Source: Longimicrobiales bacterium
Lineage (GTDB): Bacteria; Gemmatimonadota; Gemmatimonadetes; Longimicrobiales; Gaopeijiaceae
DNA: 64,000 nt
NCBI GenBank assembly: GCA_965116905.1
Contig: OZ220732.1
Coordinates: forward strand, 512,001-576,000
Reading direction: 5' to 3'
Part shown: one piece after another, positions 38,005-47,955 of the stretch
Position numbering within the stretch: the stretch's first letter is position 1
How the letters are laid out: every line of letters begins with the position of its first letter
The notes under the pieces: generated by a model
Told to the model about the DNA's origin: nothing
The model's input: only the letters and a program-made list of their open reading frames with translations
Database searches by the model: none
Translations under genes and position numbers: made by a program

Positions 38005-40469
38005 GGGGCCGGTCTCGGCGCCGCGGCCTCGCCGTACAGCCACCGGTACAGGGCCCGATTCCGCACCACGCTCTTCACGTAGCCGCGTGTCTCGGCGAAG
38101 GGGATGCGCTCGGTGAAGCGGTGGGGGTCCTCCGCTTCCGGAAAACGCCGCCAACGGTTGGCGCGGCTCGGTCCCGCGTTGTAGGCCGACAGCACCAGCG
38201 GGATGTCGCCCTCGTAGCGGCGCATGAGGTCGGCCAGGAATCGGGCGCCGAGGTGCACGTTCAGCTCCGGTGTCTCGAGCGTTTCGGTGCGAAAGCCGCG
38301 GGGCCCGATCCGGCCGGCCAGCTGCCGGCCGGTCGCGGGCATCACCTGCATGAGACCGATCGCGCCCGCCGGCGACACGATGTCCGGGACGAAGGCGCTC
38401 TCCTGGCGGATGATCCCGGCGACGAGATAGGGGTCGAGCCCCAGGTCCCGCGCACGGGATTCCACGAGTTCGCGGTGGGGGAAGGGGTACACGACCTGAA
38501 GCAGTGTCCGGTCCCACGGCCTGCCCTCGCCTCGAAGCTGCAGTCCCACGCGAATCCCTTCGAGCACGTGCCCGTTGGCGTGGAGGGCCAGCCCGAGACC
38601 GAGCAGGGCGTCGTCGGAACCGTCGGCCATGGTTTTCATCGAGGCGATCCGGGAAGCGACCGCCTCTTCCAGCCCGGCGTCGTCCAGCAACGCCAGGATG
38701 TCCAGCTCGGGCGCAAGCCATTCGGGTTCGGCGGGAACGGTCGCCTCCGCGGCGCCCACGGCCGCCCCCTCGGCGCCGACAGCCGCCTCCGCGATCCGTG
38801 CGACTGCGTCTTCGGCCGGAGCCCCCGTGTCGGTCAGGACCGGGCGGAACACCGAGTCGGCCGACGGATCGGCGAGGAACGCGTAGTAGGATGTCGGACT
38901 CTCCTCGCGGATCCGCGCCCGCAGCGCCTCGGCATCCGCCGAATCACCGGTCTGGTCGGCCAGGTGCGCACCCCAGTAGCTCGCCTCCTCCCAGCGACGC
39001 CCGGCCGGGAAGTCCTCCAGGTAGCCCAGGAAGACCTGGCGGGCGGCCTCGGTCTCGTTGCGGGCCAGGTGGATCTGCCCCCAGCGCATCCGCGCCAGGC
39101 CGGCCCGATCCGCCGAGGGAGACATGGAAACGACCTGCCGGTAGTGCTCGACAGCCTGGCCGAGCCGCCCCGCGTCCTGGTGGTCGTCGCCCCGGAAAAA
39201 GATGACATCCAGCGCCGCCGGACTGGACGGATACCGTTCCACGAGACGGTCCTGCAGCGTGCGAGCGTCGCCGTAGCGTCCCTGCCGGGACCGGATGGCC
39301 GCCCACGCCTGCAGTGCGGCCGCCGCGATCCCCGGGTCCTCGGCGCCCGAAAGCTCGCGGTAGACCTCCACTGCCCGCGTGCGGTCCGCGCTGCCGTTGT
39401 AGGCACGTGCCAGCGCGAGGCGCTCGCGGTCGGTGAGGACGCCTCCCCGCGTGGCCACGAGCCGCCAGGCACGCACCGCGAAGCCGAACTCGCCGCCGCT
39501 TCCCATGGCCGCCGCGACGAGGCGGAGTATCTCCGGGCCGGACCCGGTAGCCACGCGCCAGTGCGCCATCGCGGCCTGGGTCGCCGCTCTGCCGCGGGTC
39601 GTGCGTTGCAGAAGGTTCTCCATCGCGGCGACCGACCCGGCCGTGTCTCCCAGCGCCAGCCTGAAACGCCATTCGCGGTCGAGGAGCCCGGTGCGCGCCG
39701 CCGCTGCGGCCTCCCCGCCCCCGGACGCAATGGCCACGAGGGACGCAAGCGCGCGTGTGGTATCCCCCGCGACGGCCCACGCATCCATCTCCAGCGCCCA
39801 ACCCAACTCCCGGACGGCCGGGTCCCCGATCAGGCCAAGCAGGTTGCGCACCGCCCCGGCCTCACCCGCGGCGGAATGCACACGCGCAGCGGCGAGTGCC
39901 GTCCAGTCGGCCAGCGCAGGGGCCCCATCGCGAATCGCGCCCACATGCTCGGCCGCGAGGTCCGCCGCGCCCCTCGCCGCCTCGGAGCGCGCCAGACGGG
40001 AATGCGCGATGAGCGTCTCGCGGGCGCCGGGGACGGCCGTGTCGACGAAGCGGGAAAACGCGGACACGGCACCCCCGGCGTCACCCGCGGCCTGGCGCGC
40101 GGTGCCCAGCACGAACCAGGCCCGGGGCGGCACGGGCCCCGCGTCACCCGCTCCCGGAGCGAGCGCGGACACGGCTCCGTCCCAGTTCTTCCACCCGGCC
40201 TCGGCCTCCGCCAGCACCAGACGGTCGGCCCAGGAAGCCGACTCGACCGGCGCCAGGTTAGTACGCAGCGCACGGCTGGCCTTCCAGTGACGACCGTCGG
40301 CCAGATCCCGACGGATCGAATCGGGTATGGACGCGCCTACGGCGGCCCCGGGCTGCTCCTGGCCCGAAAGGGAGGTCGCGGCACACGCGGCAGAGACCGC
40401 CGCCACCGCAAAAAGACCCCGGGCAGCCCGCGGCGCGATTCCCGCTTCAACAAGGCGGGAATGTCGCAC
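38001..40469 (-). CDS. Soluble lytic transglycosylase with TPR-like helical region
   Basis: IIRQESAF, GAIGLMQVMPAT, AYNAGP, IPFAETRGYV. Confidence 0.9.
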   Translation of the reverse strand: MRHSRLVEAGIAPRAARGLFAVAAVSAACAATSLSGQEQPGAAVGASIPDSIRRDLADGRHWKASRALRTNLAPVESASWADRLVLAEAEAGWKNWDGAVSALAPGAGDAGPVPPRAWFVLGTARQAAGDAGGAVSAFSRFVDTAVPGARETLIAHSRLARSEAARGAADLAAEHVGAIRDGAPALADWTALAAARVHSAAGEAGAVRNLLGLIGDPAVRELGWALEMDAWAVAGDTTRALASLVAIASGGGEAAAAARTGLLDREWRFRLALGDTAGSVAAMENLLQRTTRGRAATQAAMAHWRVATGSGPEILRLVAAAMGSGGEFGFAVRAWRLVATRGGVLTDRERLALARAYNGSADRTRAVEVYRELSGAEDPGIAAAALQAWAAIRSRQGRYGDARTLQDRLVERYPSSPAALDVIFFRGDDHQDAGRLGQAVEHYRQVVSMSPSADRAGLARMRWGQIHLARNETEAARQVFLGYLEDFPAGRRWEEASYWGAHLADQTGDSADAEALRARIREESPTSYYAFLADPSADSVFRPVLTDTGAPAEDAVARIAEAAVGAEGAAVGAAEATVPAEPEWLAPELDILALLDDAGLEEAVASRIASMKTMADGSDDALLGLGLALHANGHVLEGIRVGLQLRGEGRPWDRTLLQVVYPFPHRELVESRARDLGLDPYLVAGIIRQESAFVPDIVSPAGAIGLMQVMPATGRQLAGRIGPRGFRTETLETPELNVHLGARFLADLMRRYEGDIPLVLSAYNAGPSRANRWRRFPEAEDPHRFTERIPFAETRGYVKSVVRNRALYRWLYGEAAAPRPAP

Positions 40470-40498
40470 GCGGACTGCCCGGGGCGGGGGATCTCTGC

Positions 40499-41206
40499 TT
40501 AGTCGCCGGCCGACCGGCCCGCCTGCATCGCGAAGAGGGCGTCGATCATTTTCTGCGCCGACTCCTCCATGTCGATGACAAGATGGTCAATCCGTGACAC
40601 GAAGAAGTTGTGGGCGATGCTCACGGGTATCGCGATTGCGAGCCCGGCTGCCGTAGTCGTCAGGGCAATCTTGATGCCTGAAGCAACCGTGGTGGCGTCC
40701 ACTTCACCTGCCAACTCGATCGCCTGGAAGGCCGCGATCATCCCCATGACCGTCCCCAGGAAGCCGAGCAGCGGCGCGACGTTGGTGAGCGTCGCAAGTA
40801 CCACGAGCCCGCTCTCCAACTTGGACAGCTCGATGAGGCCCTGGTTTTCGATGGCCTTCATCACGCGATCCGTTCCTTCGTCCTGCCGCTCCAGCCCCGC
40901 GTGGAGGATGTTTGCGGCAGGGGAATCGGACTCGCGCGTAAGCTCGAGCGCTTCCTTGATCTGGTGCTGCGCCAGGAGCTCGTCGACCGCCCGAAGCACC
41001 TTCCGGGTGGAACTGCTCTTCCGGAAGATGTCGAAGAACTTCCAGATGATCACGATGATGCCCACCACCACACAGGCACCGAGAGGCCACCGCATGTCAC
41101 CGGCGTCCTCCCAGGACTGCGCCATCTGCTCGGTGAAGGTGAGATCTGGAGCTTCCATTCCGGGAAGCTGAAGCAGTGCGTCGAAAACGGTCATCAAGCT
41201 GGCCAA
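40499..41206 (-). CDS. MotA/TolQ/ExbB proton channel family protein
   Basis: APLLGFLGTVMGMI, GIKIALTTTAAGL; SD AGGAGG before TTG. Confidence 0.92.
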   Translation of the reverse strand: MASLMTVFDALLQLPGMEAPDLTFTEQMAQSWEDAGDMRWPLGACVVVGIIVIIWKFFDIFRKSSSTRKVLRAVDELLAQHQIKEALELTRESDSPAANILHAGLERQDEGTDRVMKAIENQGLIELSKLESGLVVLATLTNVAPLLGFLGTVMGMIAAFQAIELAGEVDATTVASGIKIALTTTAAGLAIAIPVSIAHNFFVSRIDHLVIDMEESAQKMIDALFAMQAGRSAGD

Positions 41207-41311
41207 GGGAACCTCCTGCTTTCGGTCCTGTGCTGATGGTTGAAGTCGGCCGCGCCCAGCGCGCGACCCATGGAGTCTCGGACTTCCGGACCCATTTCGC
41301 AACGGCTTGCC

Positions 41312-41340
41312 ATAATGAGTATCGCTCGGGGGACTGTCAA
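41312..41340 (-). promoter_or_regulatory. Sigma70-type promoter
   Basis: TTGACA-N17-CATTAT. Confidence 0.6.
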
Positions 41341-41405
41341 GGACGCGAGAGTGCAAACCGGCGATGCCCCGGCGCCAACCAGCGGCGGGACAAACGCGGG
41401 GCCGC

Positions 41406-42329
41406 TCATCGGCGCCATGTCCACTGGGGGGAACCGTACTTCGTTTCCAACCTCGCCGCCATGGCGATCTCCTCCCGCGTCATCTCACCGCGCGCCCACA
41501 GTCCCCCGAATTCCTCGGCAAATCCCCGCCGAAACGCGTCCACCATGCTCTCCCACGGCGGAACCTCGCCGAGAATCTCGGAAAGCGTGATCGGACGGCC
41601 GACCGTGGCGGCCGCGGACACGACTCCCGTGAGGCGCCCGGAGTCCCCCCCATCGCCATCAGCCTCGCGGGCACCGGCCCCGTCGCCACCAACCCCGCGG
41701 GCTCCGGCTCCGCGGGCATCGGCCCCGGCGAAAAGCGCGCTCTGGTTCGCGACAAGGAGCATCGACCCGTGCTGGAGGATTGCGCCCCCGATGCGCGCCT
41801 GTGCGCTCCCCACAAGCTTCCGCCCCCGCACCACCACCTCCCCTTCGGCCGCCTCGAAGAAGCACGGACCCGAATCAGGCGCCGCTGCCCGTCCCGGGGC
41901 ACCCCCGGCGTCGACCCCCAGACGACGCAGCCCTCGCAGGAGGCCCCCGTTGATCTTGCGGTACGCGGCCCGCAGTCCACCGAATGCCCGCACCGGCAGG
42001 ACGACGCAGTATGTGAGCTCGCGGTCATGGATCACCGCGCGGCCGCCGGTGGGACGGCGCACCGCCTCCATGCCGGGACTCTGGCGGAGCAGTTCCCGGT
42101 ACCCGACGGTGACGGGCTCGTTGCGTCCAAACGAGAGCGTGGCGGATGCCCAACGGTAGAAGCGCACGGTGCCCTCGCCGGGACGTGCGAGTGCGGCGAG
42201 CGCATGATCGCGCGCCATGTTGGTCCTTCCCGGCAACTCCCCGTCCAGGAGGACCCGCCAGTCCAGGCCGCCGGATCCATTGGCCGCCGCGGACGGGCGG
42301 CTGCGGGTCGCGTCAGGGAACGTAGACAT
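41406..42329 (-). CDS. Lipoate-protein ligase / octanoyltransferase (LplA/LipM family)
   Basis: NMARD, RRPTGGRAVIH, RKLVGSAQ, ILQHGS. Confidence 0.9.
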   Translation of the reverse strand: MSTFPDATRSRPSAAANGSGGLDWRVLLDGELPGRTNMARDHALAALARPGEGTVRFYRWASATLSFGRNEPVTVGYRELLRQSPGMEAVRRPTGGRAVIHDRELTYCVVLPVRAFGGLRAAYRKINGGLLRGLRRLGVDAGGAPGRAAAPDSGPCFFEAAEGEVVVRGRKLVGSAQARIGGAILQHGSMLLVANQSALFAGADARGAGARGVGGDGAGAREADGDGGDSGRLTGVVSAAATVGRPITLSEILGEVPPWESMVDAFRRGFAEEFGGLWARGEMTREEIAMAARLETKYGSPQWTWRR

Positions 42330-42999
42330 CTCCTGGATTCATGACCTGCACGGCCGCGCGGTCCCCCACGAGAGCGCGGAAACGCTCCGGGTCCTGGGCG
42401 ATGAGGGGCCAGGTGTTGTAGTGGACCGGAATCACGACATCGGGCTCGATGAATCCGACAGCCTCGGCGGCGTCCTCCGGACCCATGGTGAAGTTGTCGC
42501 CGATGGGCAGAATGGCGACGTCCACCTTGCCGCGGAGCAGCTGCATGTCCATGAGCAGCGCCGTGTCGCCCGCGTGGTAGACCCGCGTCCCGTCGAGGTG
42601 CATCAGGAAGCCGCCGGGCACGGTGGTGAACTGCCCCGTCGTGTCTCCGTGAACCTGGCCCCCGTGCAGCGCGGCGGTCATCTTGACGCGGCCGAAGGGG
42701 AAGTCGAAGCCGCCGCCGATGTGCAGGGGATGGCCGTTCGTGACTCCCTGGGTCTCGGCGAACGAGACGATCTCGAAGGTGGACACCAGGGTGGCACCGG
42801 TTTCCTTCGCCAGCGGCAAGGCGTCGGCAAAGTGGTCGAAGTGGCCGTGCGTGCAGAGGATGTAGTCCACCGCTCCCACCTCGGCGCGCTTGATGTCCGA
42901 GACCGGACTGTCGTCGAAGAACGGATCGATCACCAGCCGCGTGCCGTCGTCGGTCTCGATGCTGAAGGTGGACTGGCCGTGAAAAGTCAGCTTGGGCAC
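42313..42999 (-). CDS. Metallo-beta-lactamase-fold hydrolase (UPF0173-like)
   Basis: THGHFDH, YHAGDT, PIGDNFTMGP, IPVHYNTW. Confidence 0.92.
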   Translation of the reverse strand: MPKLTFHGQSTFSIETDDGTRLVIDPFFDDSPVSDIKRAEVGAVDYILCTHGHFDHFADALPLAKETGATLVSTFEIVSFAETQGVTNGHPLHIGGGFDFPFGRVKMTAALHGGQVHGDTTGQFTTVPGGFLMHLDGTRVYHAGDTALLMDMQLLRGKVDVAILPIGDNFTMGPEDAAEAVGFIEPDVVIPVHYNTWPLIAQDPERFRALVGDRAAVQVMNPGDVYVP

Positions 43000-43072
43000 G
43001 GGGTCATCTCCATCTCGGAAGGCGCGGTTGAAGGGAAGCGGACGGCACCGGCGCCCACAGCGTGCACACCGC

Positions 43073-45955
43073 TCAAGAGCCGACCGCTTCCTGCGTTTCG
43101 TACTGTTCCACCGGTGGACACGAGCAAACCAGGTTTCGGTCCCCCCAGGCGTTGTTCACGCGTCCCACGTGCGGCCAGAACTTGTGCTCCAGCAGCCACG
43201 GGGCCGGAAAGGCGGCCTGCGCGCGCGTATACGCGTGATCCCACTCGTCGGCGGTGACGGTCCTCACCGTATGCGGCGCGTTCTTGAGCGCGTTGTCGAG
43301 GCGGTCCTGCAGTCCCAGTTCGACCTGTTGAATCTCGGCCCGAATGGATATCAGCGCCTGGCAGAAGCGGTCCAACTCCGCCCTGGACTCGCTCTCCGTG
43401 GGCTCGATCATGATCGTGCCGGGCACCGGAAACGCCATCGTGGGCGCGTGGAAACCGTAGTCCATGAGGCGTTTGGCCACGTCCTCCTCGGTGATTCCCG
43501 TGGCCTTCTTGAGCGGCCGCAGATCCACGATGAACTCGTGAGCCACGCGGCCGCTGCCGCTGCCCCACCAGTAGAGGATGTCGAAGTGGTCCTCCAGCCG
43601 CATTGCCATGTAGTTGGCGCTGAGGATCGCGGTTCTCGTGGCCTCCGTGACTCCGTCGCGGCCGAGCAGGGCGATGTAGGCCCACGAGATCAGCAGGATG
43701 CTCGCGCTCCCCCAGGGCGCCGCGGCTACCGGCCCGATCGCCCGCTCGCCTCCAATCGGCACGACGGGATGGCCGGGCAGGTACGGGGCCAGTTCCCCGG
43801 TGGCGCATATCGGGCCCATTCCCGGACCGCCGCCGCCGTGCGGGATCGCGAAGGTCTTGTGCAGATTGATGTGGATCACGTCCGCGCCGTAGTCGCCGGG
43901 GCGGCAAAGTCCCACCTGAGCGTTCAGGTTGGCGCCGTCCAGGTAGACGTACCCGCCGTGCCTGTGAACGATGTCGCAGATGGTCCGGATCTCTTCTTCG
44001 AAGACCCCGTGCGTCGACGGATACGTGACCATGACGGCCGCGAGGCGGTCCGCGTGACGGGCGGCCTTCGCCGCCAGATCCTCCACGTCGACGTTGCCGC
44101 GGTCGTCGCAGCGAACGACGACGACCTTCATGCCCGCCAACACCGCGCTCGCCGGGTTGGTTCCGTGGGCCGACGAGGGGATCAGGCAGATGTCGCGGTC
44201 CTGCCCCAGGTCGCGATGACGCGCGCTGATCACCAGCAGGCCCGTGTACTCCCCCTGAGCGCCGGAATTCGGTTGCAGCGACACCGCAGGCAGGCCGCTG
44301 ATCTCCGCGAGCCACTCCTGCAAATCCGAAATGATGCGGTCGTAGCCCCGCGCCTGTTCCCGTGGCGCGAAAGGATGCAGGGCCCCGAATTCGGGCCACG
44401 TCACCGGGGTCATCTGGGTCGTGGCGTTCAGCTTCATCGTGCACGAACCCAGGGGAATCATGCTCGTGTTGAGTGAAAGGTCCCGCGACTCCAGCCGGTG
44501 GATGTAGCGCAGCATCTCCGTCTCGGAGTGGTACGAGTTGAACACGGGGTGGGTCAGGAACGGGCTGGAGCGCCGGAGCGCTGTCGGATACGGATCCGGA
44601 TCGAAGGACGCCGCCAGTTCGGTCGAAGAGCGGGCGGCGCCGAAAATGGCCAGCAGATCGTCCAGATCCGCGGGAGTCACGGTCTCGTCCAGGGCGACTC
44701 CGATCGTGCCATCGCCGAAGTCCCTGAGGTTGATGCGTACCTCGCGCGCGGCGGCGAGCACCGCCTTCGATCCGGCAGAAGGCCTGACGCGCAGCGTATC
44801 GAAGTAAAGCTCGTGAACGATCTCGTTCCCGGCCGCCTCCAACCCGCGTGCGAGCGTAGCCGTCTGCTTGCGAACGCGGGCCGCGATTCCTCGAATTCCC
44901 TCGGGTCCGTGATAGGCCGCATACATCCCGGCCATCACCGCAAGCAGAACCTGCGCGGTGCAGATGTTCGAGGTCGCCCTCTCGCGGCGTATGTGCTGTT
45001 CCCGGGTCTGAAGCGCCATCCGGAGGGCGGGGTCCCCGTGGGCGTCGACGGCCACCCCGATGATGCGCCCCGGGAGCTTCCGCTTGAACTTCTCGCGCGA
45101 CGCGATGTACGCGGCATGAGGACCACCGTAGCCCATCGGCACGCCCAACCGCTGGCTGCTGCCCACGGCCACGTCCGCCCCGAACTCGGCGGGCGGCGTA
45201 AGGAGTGCGAGCGATAGAAGATCGGCGGCCACGACGACGCTGGCCCCCACTTCGTGAGCCTCCCGGCACATGGCTCTGTAATCGTGCACGCCCCCGTCCG
45301 TGGCCGGATATTGCACGAGCGCGCCGAACACCGATTCGTCAAAGGCGAAGTCCTTGTAGGCCCCCACTCGAACCTTGATCCCCAGCGGCTCCGCGCGGGT
45401 TCTGACGACGCCGATCGTCTGGGGGTGGCAGTCGTCGGCCACGAGAAAGACGGACCCCCGACGCCTGCGGCCCTGGCCGTAGAGCATGAACATCGCCTCG
45501 GCCGCGGCGGTGGCCTCGTCAAGCAGGGATGCGTTGGCGATCTCCATTCCCGTGAGGTCCATGACCGCCGTCTGGAAGTTGAGCAGGGCCTCGAGCCGGC
45601 CCTGGGCGATCTCCGCCTGGTACGGCGTGTACTGCGTGTACCACCCGGGATTCTCCAGGATGTTGCGCTGAATGACCCCCGGCGTGATGGTGCCGGAGTA
45701 CCCCATTCCCAGGTAGCTCCGCCAGACTTCGTTGCTCGAGGCAATGTCGCGCATCCGCGCCAGCAGTTCCGCTTCCGGTACGCCCTCGGGGATTCGCAAC
45801 GGGCCCCGGAACCGGATCGCGGCCGGGACGGTCTCCTCCATCAGCTGATCGAGGCTGTCACACCCCACCACCTCGAGCATCTCGCGGACATCGTCGGCGC
45901 TTGGGCCCAGGTGGCGGGCGAGGAAATCGGGTCGGTGTCTGATTGGCTGTGGCAT
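43073..45955 (-). CDS. gcvP: Glycine dehydrogenase (decarboxylating), single-chain P protein
   Basis: [46 protein letters not shown]. Confidence 0.97.
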   Translation of the reverse strand: MPQPIRHRPDFLARHLGPSADDVREMLEVVGCDSLDQLMEETVPAAIRFRGPLRIPEGVPEAELLARMRDIASSNEVWRSYLGMGYSGTITPGVIQRNILENPGWYTQYTPYQAEIAQGRLEALLNFQTAVMDLTGMEIANASLLDEATAAAEAMFMLYGQGRRRRGSVFLVADDCHPQTIGVVRTRAEPLGIKVRVGAYKDFAFDESVFGALVQYPATDGGVHDYRAMCREAHEVGASVVVAADLLSLALLTPPAEFGADVAVGSSQRLGVPMGYGGPHAAYIASREKFKRKLPGRIIGVAVDAHGDPALRMALQTREQHIRRERATSNICTAQVLLAVMAGMYAAYHGPEGIRGIAARVRKQTATLARGLEAAGNEIVHELYFDTLRVRPSAGSKAVLAAAREVRINLRDFGDGTIGVALDETVTPADLDDLLAIFGAARSSTELAASFDPDPYPTALRRSSPFLTHPVFNSYHSETEMLRYIHRLESRDLSLNTSMIPLGSCTMKLNATTQMTPVTWPEFGALHPFAPREQARGYDRIISDLQEWLAEISGLPAVSLQPNSGAQGEYTGLLVISARHRDLGQDRDICLIPSSAHGTNPASAVLAGMKVVVVRCDDRGNVDVEDLAAKAARHADRLAAVMVTYPSTHGVFEEEIRTICDIVHRHGGYVYLDGANLNAQVGLCRPGDYGADVIHINLHKTFAIPHGGGGPGMGPICATGELAPYLPGHPVVPIGGERAIGPVAAAPWGSASILLISWAYIALLGRDGVTEATRTAILSANYMAMRLEDHFDILYWWGSGSGRVAHEFIVDLRPLKKATGITEEDVAKRLMDYGFHAPTMAFPVPGTIMIEPTESESRAELDRFCQALISIRAEIQQVELGLQDRLDNALKNAPHTVRTVTADEWDHAYTRAQAAFPAPWLLEHKFWPHVGRVNNAWGDRNLVCSCPPVEQYETQEAVGS

Positions 45956-45983
45956 CAGGGGCAGTTGCGGCCGGACCGCGGGG

Positions 45984-46373
45984 CTAGTCGCCGATGTGGG
46001 CTCCGTAGCTCGCGGCGTCCATCAGGGTTTCCACCTCGCCGGGATCGTCGAGGCGCAGCTGGATCATCCACCCTTCCCCGTAGGGATCGCTGTTGACCAG
46101 TTCGGGGTCGTCGTCCAGGGCCGCGTTCACGTCCACGACCTCGCCCGCGACCGGGCAGTACAGGTCGCTGACGGCCTTCACGGCCTCGATGGTGCCGAAA
46201 ACGTCCATGGGGGCGAAGGTGTCGCCGGGCTCGGGCAGCTCCACGTACACCACATCCCCGAGTTCGCCCTGGGCATAGTCGGTGATGCCGACGTAGTAGA
46301 TGTCAGGCTCGTCAGATTCTCTCAGGTACTCGTGTTCGGCCGTATACCTGAGTCCTTCGGGGATCAAGGACAT
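45984..46373 (-). CDS. gcvH: Glycine cleavage H protein
   Basis: [20 protein letters not shown] lipoyl lysine, NSDPYGEGW. Confidence 0.96.
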   Translation of the reverse strand: MSLIPEGLRYTAEHEYLRESDEPDIYYVGITDYAQGELGDVVYVELPEPGDTFAPMDVFGTIEAVKAVSDLYCPVAGEVVDVNAALDDDPELVNSDPYGEGWMIQLRLDDPGEVETLMDAASYGAHIGD

Positions 46374-46392
46374 GGTGGTCTCGCTTGAGGTG

Positions 46393-46432
46393 CTGGATGT
46401 CGCGGATCTGGTAACTGGATGTCTCGGATCTG
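46393..46432. repeat. 18-bp direct repeat, 22-bp period, upstream of gcvH
   Basis: ctggatgtcgcggatctg and ctggatgtctcggatctg. Confidence 0.8.
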
Positions 46433-46587
46433 AAAGCGACAGAAAAAAAGCCGCGCGACCGAAGGGCGTCAAGCCGCCGCGCCGAATCCAATGCGGAACC
46501 AAAGTGCGTAGGTTAGATTATCACCCCTTGGAAAACACGCCCGGGACAGGCGTCAAGTCACGGTTTTGCCCGCCTCAGGAGGGGATC

Positions 46588-47751
46588 ATGCCGACGATGG
46601 TCCATGCGCCGCCGCTTACGGTTCTCGGCGACGATGAGGCCATGTTCCGCGAGGCTGTGCGCGACTTCGCGGAGTCGGAACTCGCGCCACGCGTGCCGCG
46701 GATGGACGCCGCTCAGCAGATGGATTCCGAACTCATTTCGATGCTGTTCGAGCTCGGATTCATGGGAATCGAGATCCCCGAGCACTACGGCGGCATCGGG
46801 AGCACGTTCTTCACGGCCACGATCGTGGTCGAGGAGCTGTCGCGCGTGGATCCGTCGGTGGGCGTGCTGGTCGATGTGCAGAACACGCTCGTCAACAACG
46901 CGGTCCTGAAGTGGGGATCCGAGGAACAGTTGAGCCGCTACCTCCCGGAGCTGGCAACGGGAACGGTCGGCGCGTACGCCCTTTCAGAGGCGGGAAGCGG
47001 CTCGGACGCCTTCGCTCTGGACCTGCGCGCCATCCGCGACGGAGACGACTGGGTGCTCAACGGCCGGAAGATGTGGATTACCAACGGGGCGGAGGCCGGA
47101 CTGTTCATCGTCTTCGCCAACGTGCAACCCGAGCTCGGCTACAAGGGCATCACCGCCTTTCTGGTCGAACGGGGGATGCCCGGCTTCGCGGTGGGGAAGA
47201 AGGAGGACAAGCTCGGAATTCGCGCCTCCTCCACAACGGAACTCGTGCTCGACGACGTGCCCGTTCCCGCCGGGAACGTGCTGGGGGAGCCGGGCCAGGG
47301 CTACAAGGTCGCGATAGAGACGCTCAACGAGGGCCGGATCGGAATCGGCGCCCAGATGGTGGGCCTGGCGCAGGGTGCCTTCGATCACACCCTCCGGTAC
47401 GTGCAGGAGCGTGAGCAGTTCGGCCGTCCCGTCGCCGACTTCCAGGGCGTCCAGTTCCAGTTGGCGGAAATGGCCACCGACATCGAGGCATCGCGCCTGT
47501 TGGTCTACAACGCCGCCCGCCTGAAGGACCAGGGCACCCGGTTCCTTCGCGAGGGCGCGATGGCCAAGATGTTCGCGTCCAGGACCGCGCAGGCGGTATC
47601 TTCCCGCTGCATCGATCTTCACGGCGGGTACGGGTTCACTCGCGAGTATCCCGTGGAGAAACTCTACCGCGACTCGAAAATCGGCACCATCTACGAGGGA
47701 ACCGACAACATGCAGCTGCAAACCATCGCAAAGGACCTCTTGCGTGGCTAG
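46588..47751 (+). CDS. Acyl-CoA dehydrogenase (short/branched-chain-like)
   Basis: ALSEAGSGSDA, KMWITNG, KLGIRASST, REQFGRP, IYEGT. Confidence 0.94.
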   Translation: MPTMVHAPPLTVLGDDEAMFREAVRDFAESELAPRVPRMDAAQQMDSELISMLFELGFMGIEIPEHYGGIGSTFFTATIVVEELSRVDPSVGVLVDVQNTLVNNAVLKWGSEEQLSRYLPELATGTVGAYALSEAGSGSDAFALDLRAIRDGDDWVLNGRKMWITNGAEAGLFIVFANVQPELGYKGITAFLVERGMPGFAVGKKEDKLGIRASSTTELVLDDVPVPAGNVLGEPGQGYKVAIETLNEGRIGIGAQMVGLAQGAFDHTLRYVQEREQFGRPVADFQGVQFQLAEMATDIEASRLLVYNAARLKDQGTRFLREGAMAKMFASRTAQAVSSRCIDLHGGYGFTREYPVEKLYRDSKIGTIYEGTDNMQLQTIAKDLLRG

Positions 47752-47769
47752 CCTGCCGAAGGAGGAATC

Positions 47770-47949
47770 GTGCCTCAAATAGGCCTGGCGGAAATCCTGT
47801 TCCTTCTGGGGGTCCTGGCACTCATTTTCGGCGCCAAGCGCATCCCCCAGATCGCGCGCGGCCTCGGCTCCGGCATCCGCAACTTCAAGGGGGCTCTCCA
47901 GGCCGGCAGGAAGGCGGACCCCCAGGACATCGACGACCGGGACGCATAG
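47770..47949 (+). CDS. tatA: Twin-arginine translocase TatA/E subunit (59 aa, absent from the ORF track)
   Basis: SD GGAGG then GTG; MPQIGLAEILFLLGVLALIFGAKRIPQIARGLGSGIRNFK. Confidence 0.92.
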   Translation: MPQIGLAEILFLLGVLALIFGAKRIPQIARGLGSGIRNFKGALQAGRKADPQDIDDRDA

Positions 47950-47955
47950 CAGGCT

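Noticed and set aside
46374..46587. Glycine riboswitch upstream of gcvH
   Set aside because: Conserved aptamer motifs were not seen; an Rfam scan would be needed to exclude it formally.
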